A stretch of 63,394 bases of DNA, the filler included, from Octopus bimaculoides (Eukaryota), in NCBI RefSeq assembly GCF_001194135.2. It is 3 parts of 3 records of this genome, joined end to end, with 100 filler letters (N's around TTAATTAATTAA, not from the genome) between each part and the next. Parts side by side here need not be neighbours in the genome. Positions count along the whole stretch, not along the records: positions 1 to 31,784 come from NC_068985.1; 2 more parts are not named here. One strand, given 5' to 3'. A program made the position numbers and the translations under genes. This document shows, piece by piece, positions 11,530 through 24,000 of this stretch. The notes under the pieces were generated by a model, which was not told where the DNA came from, did not search any database, and saw only the letters and a list, made by a program, of their open reading frames with translations. The stretch's first letter is position 1, and every line of letters starts with the position of its first letter.

Positions 11530-14500
11530 CGTTTGTGTGTATGTGTTCATTTGTTTTTATGTTTGCTTTTCCCTGATTTGGATGAAAACTTATTGAAACT
11601 AAAGAAAACCAAATACCAAGACTTGGTTGATGAGATACTTCTCAAGGGGTAGCACCTTATTTAAGTTAGCTGTTGTGACAGCTAGAATGGTGATATTTAC
11701 TGCAGAAGATTGGTCTGGAATTCAGACAATTGAAGAAAAACTCCAAGGAGATTCATATCAGTTGAAACCAGCTCAAAGTGGCTAAAGTTGAGGAGAGATT
11801 ACAGGTGGAACCCTTTCACAGGTGAAGACTAATTCTGTCATAACTGCCACACTCAGGTAAAGTGTACTGGCAAGGAACAAATTAGGTACCACACTGCAGG
11901 ATAAAACCTGAAACCATATAATTATGAAGTACGCTCCGTTTCCACACAGCTATGCCTAAGTGCATGCATGCATGCAGAGAGAGAGAGAGAAGCCTCTTCT
12001 GTTCTGGCCCCTTCTTTCATACTTTCCATCTAACATAAAGTCCTTATCTACGTAAACCTCACTCAGTTAAAAGGGATTTTAGTCTTGCATGCAGTATGGC
12101 AACTTCACTAGTGCTGTTGCCATGAAAAGAAAAAGTACCCAGTATACTCTGTAAAGTGATTGGCATTGAGAAGGGCATCCAGCAATAGAAACCATACTAA
12201 ACATTGAAGCACTAACAGTCCCCAGACCCACTTTATCCTGTCAAGATATCCAGTCATGTTAGCCTGAAAGATGGACATTAAAAATCATCGTCATCATTTA
12301 ATGTCCATTCTCCATGCTGGAATGGGTTGGATGGTTTGACAGAATCTGGCAAGTCAGAAGACTGCACCAAGCTTTGCTGTCTAGTATAATTTCTATGGTT
12401 GGATGCCCTTCCTCATGCCAACCAATTTACTGAGTGTACTGGGTGCTTTTTATGTGGCACCAGCAGCAGTGAGGTCACCAAGTAATTTGCTAGCTAAGAT
12501 CTCTCAACTGGTGAGAATGGTGCTGAGGGACAGAAAAGGTGTCCTGCATTAGAATAGAAACATGGCTATCCCAGATGGGGAAAAAGAGAGAGAGAGAGGA
12601 GGAGGAGAAGATGAAGATGTAACAAAGAGGGAACAAAGGCCATTACTCAAGTTACAGGGTGTGTATAGTAAAGTGGATCAGAGATTGGAAGACAGTAGAA
12701 GACTTGATCAAGGTGCTGTGCAATAGTTTTAGACCCAGAAGACATTGTTACAAAGCACATATCTCAATCACACAGCCTTACTTGTGGCTATACCTCATGT
12801 TTAAACTAGTCATTGCTATGAGATGCAGTGTATGAGTGGGTAGTGAGAGTTTCTTGAAGCAAAAAATAATTTTACTGGCCTTTTTTTCTTGTTTTTGTTG
12901 TTGGGCTATAGTCATGCATGGAGACCACCTAGAGTATATCAACTACATTGCCTTCTCCAAGTATGTACTTTGTATTTTATCATTTCAAGGTCAGTAAAGT
13001 GAACCTGGGTGAAATTTGAACTTTGAGCATAAAGGGACATAACCAAATACCAGAGTATTTTATTGACTGCTCTGTTAAATCTGCCATTTGCTCGTTAAGT
13101 AGGAATATAATCTCCTGTTGTCTACCAAACACACATTTGTTATTTTAATCTTTAGATAACCTATTATCAGCTCTATTTCCTCAGAGATAACCTATTATCA
13201 GCTCTATTTCTTCTGAGATAACCTATTATCAGCTCTATTTCTTCTGAGATAACATAGTGTCAGCCCTATTTCCTCTAGGATTACTCATTCCCTGTCTGCT
13301 CTCTTCTGAAACATATTATCAGCTCTGCTTCCTCTAGGATATCATATTCTCACCTTGAGATGACATATATTCTTAATCTTGTTATCCCCTTGGAGAACCT
13401 AATCTCAGTTTTATTACCTCTGGGATAACCTACCATCAGTTTTATTTCACCTGGGATAATCCGTTTTCAGTCTTAATTTCGCCTGGGATAACATGTTTTC
13501 AGCTTTATTTTCCCTCAGTCCTGTTCCTCTGGGCAAAGATGCCCAATACAAAGTATCATAGCATTCATTATGAATTCTCAGTAATATGTACAGTCTACCT
13601 CAGCACATTAAAAACCTACAGCTGTTAATTGTGTGGATAATGATGTATCTTTTGTTATGTTTATGTTTAGTAATAGTTGTTTGTTTAGCTTCTGTTCATC
13701 TCTGACTGGTCAGGTCTATCATCTGCTCACCTCTTATATTTTACTTGTTTCAGTCATTAGACTCTGGCCATCTGGGGCATTGCCTTGAAGAATTTTAGTT
13801 GAATGAATTGATTCTAGTACATTTATCTAAGCTTGGTACTTATTCTGTTGGCCTATTTTGCCAAGCTGCTAAGTAACACACCAACATCAGGTGTCAAGTA
13901 GTGGTGGGGGACAAACACAGACACAAACACACACATAGATATATACATATACAATGGGTTTCTTTCAGTTTTCATCTACCAAATCTATTCACAAGGCTTT
14001 GGTTCACTTGAGGCTATAGTAGAAGACACTTGCTCAAGGTGCTATGCAGTGGAACTGAACCTAGAACCATGTGGTTGGGAAGCAAGCTTCGTACCACACA
14101 GCCACCCCTGCACCTATCATGTATATCAATTTTGAAAATAATAATGTAAAGTAATTTAGTCATACATATAATTTCTCCATCCATTGGTATATTTAAGCTG
14201 CTGATTTTCACATAGCAAAAGGTTGCTCTTGAATAAAATTATGATAGGTGGTTTTACTTTAAATATGAATGCTTTGAAACCAGAGGTGCTTTGTAACAAA
14301 GAATCAAGTTATCTGCGGTACGTTGGTATTGAAAGGGTTAATATATTTAGCTAAATAGCGCACACGCACACGCACACACACACAGAGGGGGGGGGGAAGT
14401 GTTTATATTTTGTCACTAAAAAAAGAAGCCTTCAAACTTTGCTATGCTACAATAAATTAAATATTATGATAGCTGTATGTTTGGGAGGTAAAATTTAAGA

Positions 14501-17500
14501 ACCTCGCCAGGAATTAAATTCTTGTTAGTGTATTTCAATACCATAAACCACTTGTTGTTGAGTGTATAGTCATGTTTGCTCTCTGCGCTTCGTTTCTTTT
14601 CTACCAGAATTTGGAATCAACCAAAGCCTCATGAGTGAAATTTTGTAGATGGAAACTATGTAGAAGCCCATCAGAGGGACATTTCAGTTTTTGGGTGGTA
14701 GATTTAACCCAGTTATAGGAAACTTGTAGCCCATGGGATTTTCTGAAAGGCATACCTAATGAAAATTTACCTTGAATTTTTTTTTTAGTATTGCACTCTG
14801 CTTAATGATGAACCATGTCCCATGTAGCCTACTTCTCAAAAACGGTTTCCCATGCCTGATTTAACCCATTACTCAGTTTAATACCCAAATATAGTCCTTG
14901 GGCATCTCTTTTTCTCTTACTGTCATCAGTCTCAGAAGTGCTGGAAGGGATCATAAATACGCATCTTAGCTTACTTTCCATGTTTCCTCATCTTGCTTTC
15001 TCTCCACATTCTTCCTTTCCATTCTGCTTCTCCAGTCTCTCTTTCTGTACTCTTCTTCATATTATCTTTATATCTTATGATTTATTTATGTTTTACTCTT
15101 TTTTTTTTTATAATTGTACAGATTGCAGGTTTGGTGACATTTGCAATTGGAGTATGGACTACTACAGACAGAATCTTCATGTCAGACATCATTGGTTCTA
15201 ATCTCTATTCATCAGCATCATATATGATGATCATATCTGGTCTTGTCATCACTTTGGTATCCATTTTAGGATGTGTCACCTCCTGGAGAGAAATGCGATT
15301 TGGTGTCCTTTCAGTAAGTCAGTTACTTCCTTTTCACTTTTTATCCCCCTCCTGCATGTTTCTGTGCACATGTATGTGTGAGTGTCTCTATAAAATGTAT
15401 TTGGAGAGACAAGACTGTATGCTTTAGTGCAGACAACTCCATCTTGGAAGGTATATAACTTATGAGTAAGAATTGATACAATGATCATCAGCCAAATACT
15501 GAACCTCAACAAGGTTTCTGTCATTTAGGTATTGTATGTACATTTGCATGTACATGCCAGCCAGAAGGAAATAAACAGTACTTGCGTTTAGCATACTGTG
15601 GCAAAAGAAACTGTCTTATGACCATAATGTACAGAAAACTCGTACATTATTTTTCATTTGCTTTCTAAAAAGTAATTTTTTTAAACTACTGGTATCTTAT
15701 TTTTATAAAATATATAGAAAATATAAATTAGGAATAATATAGAAGTATATATAGCTAAAAAATTTGAATAATCTATAATATTCACAACTTCTATTTTTTT
15801 TTTTTTTTTGCCTAATTGTAAACAAAAGATGTATTTTAGCCAATTTTGTTTCTTCTTTACTGTATCATCAAAAAACAAAACATTTGAAGATTTTTTTACC
15901 TATTTTGTTTCTGTTTTCTGTATCTTGAAGAAACAAAACAAAGTAATCTTTACATTTTAGTTTTATAGGTAGTGCAGTAATGGTTGATTGGTTGCATGAT
16001 TTTGCAGCTTCGGTAGTATATCAGAGTTGATTCAATATCTACAGATATCAGTTATTTTTATTTTTTTATTAATGGTTTAGTTTGGAGGAAAGAATGATGT
16101 TCATGGCCTTCAAAAACCTTTTGAGACCCATNNNNNNNNNNNNNNNNNNNNNNNNNNNNNNNNNNNNNNNNNNNNNNNNNNNNNNNNNNNNNNNNNNNNN
16201 NNNNNNNNNNNNNNNNNNNNNNNNNNNNNNNNNNNNNNNNNNNNNNNNNNNNNNNNNNNNNNNNNNNNNNNNNNNNNNNNNNNNNNNNNNNNNNNNNNNN
16301 NNNNNNNNNNNNNNNNNNNNNNNNNNNNNNNNNNNNNNNNNNNNNNNNNNNNNNNNNNNNNNNNNNNNNNNNNNNNNNNNNNNNNNNNNNNNNNNNNNNN
16401 NNNNNNNNNNNNNNNNNNNNNNNNNNNNNNNNNNNNNNNNNNNNNNNNNNNNNNNNNNNNNNNNNNNNNNNNNNNNNNNNNNNNNNNNNNNNNNNNNNNN
16501 NNNNNNNNNNNNNNNNNNNNNNNNNNNNNNNNNNNNNNNNNNNNNNNNNNNNNNNNNNNGGGGAAATTTCGAACCTGGGTTCTTATTCCTATGGTATTTT
16601 TCGATGTTGTTGTTGTTGCGCTCTTAACCACTATGCTATATGCCTGTGGGCAATTATGGAGTGAATTTTAGGGCTTATAAATCTAATATTCTCTTATCCT
16701 TCCTTAATACTGGTTCCCATATGCTGTTCATATCTGCACTCTGTCTGCTTAGGAGGTTGTTGTGTCCTAGCAACTGTGCTGCTACTTTTAGTTTTCATAT
16801 TTTCCACTGGTGTTCTCTGTCTATTATTTTAACTTCATCCCACAGGGGGAGGTGGTCTCCATTTTTCCATACATGATCAGCTATACCCGATTTATCAATA
16901 TCTCCCTGTGCCACAGCTTTGTGATGTTCCTCTATCCTTATTTTGATGGGGCTGCATGTTTTGCCTTTGTATAACCTACCACAGTTGCATGGGATGGAGT
17001 ACATGCAGTCTTTTGTCATATTCTCTTCTATTGGTGGTTTTACTCGAAGGAGATATTTGCGAAGTGTTGTTTTACTCTTGAATACTGTCCTGGTGGGATT
17101 TGAATTCAGATCATAAAGAGCCAGAAGAAATACCATGAGGCTTTTTATCTTTTAGTGCCATAAGGGTGACAGTGATAAGGGGTCATTACAGAAACAAGCT
17201 TCATAAAATATACTGATTTCCACAGAAATCAGATGAATGAGAAAAAGAAACAAACATAATAGTATACCCAATGCACAAATGTGTGGTAGTCCCCAGAGAG
17301 GTGGAGTGCTACCTAGGACCAATCAAAGAACTTCCACAGATCCTGCATAACTCTGGTTTGGGTTGTTCTGACTAAATGCCTTTTCCCAACTTTCCAACTG
17401 TCATTCTCAGATCTAGAAGGACTGTCTTCAGTCCTTTCAGTTGCAGTCACTGCACAACAATTTCATGATAGATTTTTAAGACAGGCAGGTCAGAAATGTT

Positions 17501-20500
17501 GAAGGAAGGTATAGTTGATTAGATAACTACCACAAACCTTCCTTCTAGTACTTGACTATTAGTGGAGTAACAAAATCAATAGTGTTGTACTGATGGTTCT
17601 CCTTATTCATTGTGATGATCCTTTATGTCTATACCCTGAGTCAGCTTTACCATTTCTTCTGGTATTGCAGATTTGAGAAAATAACAATAACAAATATGCA
17701 CTTGGAATATTTAGAAGTACCAAAAATAGTTAGCTAAATGAATGATAGCTAAGGCTTTAATTAGTCCTTTTATGCTTTTACTTTTGTCTCAGTGTCTAGA
17801 ATCCTCCTGTGATATGGCACTGTCCTGGAGGATTTTTTTCATTATGTTGACCTCAGTACTGATTTTTAAGTCTTGTCCTTATTATAGTGATTTCTATATA
17901 TCACACCTTTAAGTAACAATTTTTTTTTCAAGTGGTGTTGAATGTAAAAACACACATAAACAAAAACACACACCCATATACACTTGTCTATGTGCACGAG
18001 TAAGTGTGTGGGTATTTCAAAATGTGTAAGCATTGACAAGATCACTTGACCTTAAAACTTTGTCTCACATTCCTGGCCAATCTATGCAAGCATGGAAAAA
18101 CATACATTAAACAAATGAATATGTGTGTGTGTGTGTGTGTTTGCTGTGATAGAAGACACTTGTCCAAAGTGCCATGCAGTTAGATTGAACCTTAGACCAT
18201 GTGGCTGCAAAATGAGCTTATGTCATGTCTGTATCTATATTAATTTTAAGAAATTATTGTTGGTATATGCTGAATTTTAGGCATGTAAAATACCTTACTC
18301 TATAATGATCATTATTTAATATCCAATTTCCAAGCTGGCATGAGTTGGATGGTTTGACCAGAGCTGGTAAGCTGGAGAGCTGCACCAGGTTCCAGTCTGA
18401 TTTGACTTGGTTCTACAGCTGGATGCCCTTTCTAACATCAACCACTTTACAGTGTGTTGGGTGCTTTTTATGTGGACCAGCATGGGTGCTTTTCATGTGG
18501 ACTGGCACAGTTGTCTTTTATGTGGACTGGCACTGGTGCCTTTTACATGTGCATTTTATATTGACCAGCAACAGATGCTTTTTACATGGCCAGCATAGGT
18601 GCTTTTTTATGTGAGCTGGCAAAGATAAAAGAAATAATGTAAGAAATATGATTCAGGTGTTGTAAAAATCTTTTCCAATTATAGTCTATTTTTTAAGCTG
18701 CTATTGTGATATAAATATCTTCAAACAGGTACTCTTTCAAAATTCTTTCAAAGCAAAGATACAATGTTATTAATATGAAGTCTTGTCTACAACTAATGTT
18801 AGAAGTCTGCACTTACTTGAATATCTCGGTTTTAAATACTGCTGATGTTTAGTTGGAAGAATTTTCAAAAGCATGTTGGTTTAAGTATATTTATGTTAAG
18901 AAAGCAACTTAAAAATAGATTCTATAATTGCAAAACATTTTAACACCTGATTCATATTTCCTACATTCTTTATTTCTATTATCTTTGCTAATTACTATTC
19001 ATTTTACTTTTCTGTTATGAGTAAAGGCATTTTTCATTTTCAAAATAGTATATATATATCAGTTTATATAAATTGTCCGCAAAACACACCACTGCTAACT
19101 GAGGAGGCTGTACTATCATTCTTTCAACTGAGTTTATTAAGTAATACTAGGACTTGATTATACCAGTCCCTAAATATTCTTCTAGCTTTTCCTGTTTTGA
19201 GTTCAAAGGCTGCCGAGCCAACTTTGCTTTTTATTTTTTCAGGTTCAATAAAATAAGTACCAGTCAAGTACTGGGGTCAATGTAATCAACTTACGCTCTT
19301 CCCCTAAAATTGAATTCAAACACCATTGAGGTCAACTTTGCCTTTTATCCTTTTATCCTTTTGGTGTCAGTAAAATAAGGTACCAATCAATAACAATTAT
19401 TATTGTTATTATTAATACTGAAATCCCACTGAGACCAACCTTGCCTTTCACTCAGCCCATAAAATAATGTAAAAGTCAAGTGCTGGGGTTGATGTAATCG
19501 ACTTGCCCCTCTCCTCAAAATTGCTGGTCTTGTGCCAGATTTGGATAGAATTGTTATTATTTTGCAGAATTGTTAACATGCTGGACAAAATGCGTAGTGG
19601 CATTTCACCTCTCTTTATGTTTTGAGTTCAAATTTAGCTGAGGCCAATTTTGCCTGTCATCCTTCTGGGGTTGAAATAAGTATAAGTTGAGCATTGGGGT
19701 TGATGTAACCAACTAGTTCCTTCTCCACAAATTTTCAGTTCTTGTGCATTTAGTAGAAAATATTATTATTATTATTATTATTACTACTACTACTACTAGC
19801 TGGACCCGTGAAAACTTCACGGAAAACAAAAAATGTAAGCAGCTGTAAATTGTGTGCTGGTGCCATGAGAAATATTTCCATATTGTGACACTTACAGAAT
19901 ATAGAAAGTAAAAATCTGATAACTATATAATCCAACCAAAATATCTCAGTTATGTAAACGTAAACAGAATTACTATTTAGCCTTAAAATACATCGTACAT
20001 ATTGAATGAACTTTTTTAAAATACATAATTTTTATTCTTTGTTTCTAATTGTTAAAATATTTTTCCATTTCAGTATTTTATAATATTACTGTTTATTTTC
20101 GTATTCCTGGTAATTGCTTCTATTTTGGCTGTCGTGTTCCGTGGAGAGGTAAGATATCTTTATGCATTATCCTCATTTTATGTTTGTTTTTTTCTCATGC
20201 TGTCAGGGTTTGGATGGGTCTTTGTTCTATCATTCATGAAAAGTGAAGAACACATTGAATAATGTTCAAAATGCATCAGCATTCGAGAAAATGTGATGGT
20301 CAAGTCTAGATACATTTTTAGGCACCCACTGAGCCAAACTGCAAATCTAGTTTCATTTCCTGAGATTAGCTTTCACAATTTCTTCTTGTGTTTCTGATTA
20401 TTTCCTCTTTTGCACTCTAATACATGAATTTTTTGGTACCTCCTCACTGAACTGTTATCCTTCATATACATCACATACCAATTGCCCTTTCCTCCTACTA

Positions 20501-21019
20501 CCAACTCATTTTGTAGAATTGAAAATTGTGATCACCATCTGCAGCAATCAAAACCTTTTGACACATCAAAACTTAGTAGAAAGCAATCTGCACACAGCTT
20601 GCCTGGATTGCATCTGACATTACTAGTGACGGAGCTTCTACAATGTCACATAAACTGTCAGAAATAACTGCCAAATATCCCTCAAATTACACACATCCTA
20701 ATGTCTTGTAAAGAAAGGGACATCTTAAATAATGTGGACTTAAATACACAATGCCCCAAAAATTCTCCCTCACCCAGCCTATCCCACAGGTATCTTTCTG
20801 AATAATTGCTACTTTCTCTAGCATCTTGACAACAAGAGCCTTCAACAACCAAGCAGCTCAAAATGCCTTTGAAGAATTTAGTTGTTCCAGGACTCCAGAA
20901 TTCCATTCTGCTGCAATGAGTAGACTTGTCTCTTGTTGGCAATGCCTTTTACTCTCACCACTTTGTTTTATGTTTATTTCTACTGTATTTTTTATGCTTT
21001 TTGAACTATTGCACTTTCA

Positions 21020-21063
<44 letters not shown>

Positions 21064-24000
21064 GTGTCATTTACTCCCTTGTCCCTCTGTCTGTCTGTCT
21101 GTCATTTACTCCCTTGTCCTTCTCTTTTGTCTGTCTGTCTCATGTGTCATTTACTCCTTTGTCTTTATCTTCTGTGTCTATGATTCTGTTTCTCACTGTG
21201 TGTCATGTTGCACCTCTTATATTAATTCTCCTGTATCTTTCTTTTATATTCTCTCTCTATACAAAGTCTAAAGTATGAGTGGAGAAACCAACCAACCACC
21301 CAACCAACATTTATAGTGGTTATTACTATACAGACATCAAGATCGAATTTGCTTTCATTGGTTAAAGCCCAATACAGTAGACAGCTATCACGTACTGGAT
21401 ACTGGATTGATTCAGTTGTTTTTGCCCACTTTACAACAAAATTGTGTATCACAATATCACAACATCAGAGAAAATATCATGCACGACTTATTGTGGCTTT
21501 ATACATTCAATGTTATAATCTCATCAAAGTCAATTTTACTTTTCATTCTTCTGGGATCAATAAAGTACCAGTCACTTATTGGGGTAATTTGACTGACCCT
21601 CCCCTCAAAACTGTTAGTTTTGTGTGCTTAAATCAGAAACTATTGTTTTTTTAGTTAGAAGATGTTATGTCGAAATCCATGGGAGACACTCTGATAAAGC
21701 AATATGGTAATGATATTGAACGAAATGCAGACAACAAGGCTGTCACTAAATCATGGGATCTTACACAAGAAAGGGTAAGTGTTGGCAAATCACTCATGAA
21801 TAACATGCTGGTAAGAGCACATGCACTGTCATACACAAAAATACACACTACACCACACAGTCAAGCTAATGAAGAAGCCACTGAACTTGTTAAAAATAGC
21901 AGCCATATCTCTCTCTAATCAAGCCCCAGTTATGGAAGGACATACTAGATAATGTGTGAAAAGAGTCGATGGAATGCTTTTGATCATATTTCTGCTCAAT
22001 CTGAGCTGATTTGGTGTTAAACATTACATTACAATATACATGCAACATTACATTACAATATACATGCACACTACTTGCCCCATATGACATTGCATCACTT
22101 TTGGTGACTTAATACCAAAGTTGTGTATGAAAAGCAAGTTAGCCTAGCAGAGACCATACCTCTCCTTTTGACTTGTGCCAAATTTATAACCATAAACCCT
22201 GTAAATATTTGAGGAAAGATAAATTCAAAACTGTGATATTCAGGACTCATTTAAAGGCATTAACATTGTAATGAAGTGAAATTACCCCCACCCTATCAAA
22301 GAAGAAAAAAGAAAAGGAATAAGTCCAGTTGCTTATTATCACTTCAAAGTAAAATGTATGTCTTTGCATGTTGTTTTTAATGAAGCTGAAAATGTTTCAA
22401 GGTGTCTATTCAATGTAGAACTAGTTTCTGGGAAAATGACCACATACAAACTTGAAGTCGAGATAGAAATACTCCTTCAGATGTGATCTGGAAAAGGGGA
22501 AAATTTTGGAATGCTGGGAAATTATTGCAATTGATGAAACATTATCAATTAAAAACTAAGCTCGATGTATCCGTGCATTTGGAAGAAAATTTGCATTTAA
22601 GCATGCAAAGAATTTGAAATGTCATGCAAAGAAACAAAGTCCTATTGATATCACTTATCCTTTCAAATGTTCAGCTTGTAACGGAATTTGTCTTTTTAAG
22701 GCTGGTTTTGTTAACCATTCAAAGATAGATGGACCAAAGCAACCGCACTGGATTAACTATTAAGTAAAATAAGCACATGCTTAGGGCATGAAGGGAAGTG
22801 GTGGTGGTACTGCAGATATGGTAAATAGTTTACAGCACAAAAGAAATCACTTTAAACTTGCTAAAATAATACTCAGTGTAGTTTATATGACTGGAAATAT
22901 AATTTCAAAGTGTTCATGGTGTCATAGTGAGGATCTGATTAAAGATTCTGCAATTAAAAAAAGTAGAAAACCTACTGATGTATAAATCAACCAAAGGGCT
23001 GATTGAACAAAACTATGGCCTGAAAACGTAACCCATGTTTATCCTAATCATAAATTTACACTTGATCTAATTTTATGCACTTCCAACACAATGTATTAAT
23101 TGACCTTTTCTACGTTTTTTCTACCACAATGTTTTCAAAATTTATGTGTGTGTGTGTTCTAGTAGCATATTTAAAATTTTTTATGATGTCAGTACCTACC
23201 AACAATATTCTTCTATTGTAACAAATAAAATAATCGTGACCAAAGACTGTCTGGGTATTTAGATCCACAACAAAGACAGCATCTTAGTTCCTGTATCTGT
23301 GACTCTTCAGCAACCATATTTATTATTTCTGCTACACTTTGGCAAACAGAAGGTTTGCACAGTAAATCGAACATAGCAAAAGTACACCATATAAGTATTG
23401 TGATTAATTTTAGCTTAATCAGTAGTAAATTAGTTATTTAAGTAATTCTCTAATTATATTTTCTGTTATGCTTAATTATTTATACCTATCTTTTGATTTA
23501 ATCTTTCTTCAGTTGGAATGTTGCGGAGTAGATTCAAAAGGTTGGGAGATATACAGAGACTCTCACTGGTACCGTAACCAACCCAGTAAGTTTTTTTTAT
23601 TTTTCTTGGTGTTTTGTTGAAAATAAACTCTTTTGCATAGAGGAAAAAGTAAATCCTATTGATGTTGTGTGACCCCAGATCAACTGTAGTCAAACAGTTA
23701 ATAATTAAGGACATTATAATCGTGACCATCCCCATTATTTTTTAGGGGCATCGAAGACTATAGTATCTAATGTATCCTTGCTTTTGTTCAAGATGGTAGA
23801 ATATTCTTGTTGGCTTAAAATTTCATTCTTGTCTGTATTTTTAGGGGGTTTATTTTTATTTTTTCTCTTGTCATGAAATAAGTCATTTATCTGTGCTTCA
23901 GTACAAACCATCAGTGATTCTTCCTAAATGGGCTGAGATTTGAATTAGTTGAATATTGGTTTCAAATTTTGGCACAAGGCCAGCAATTTTGGAGGAGTTG

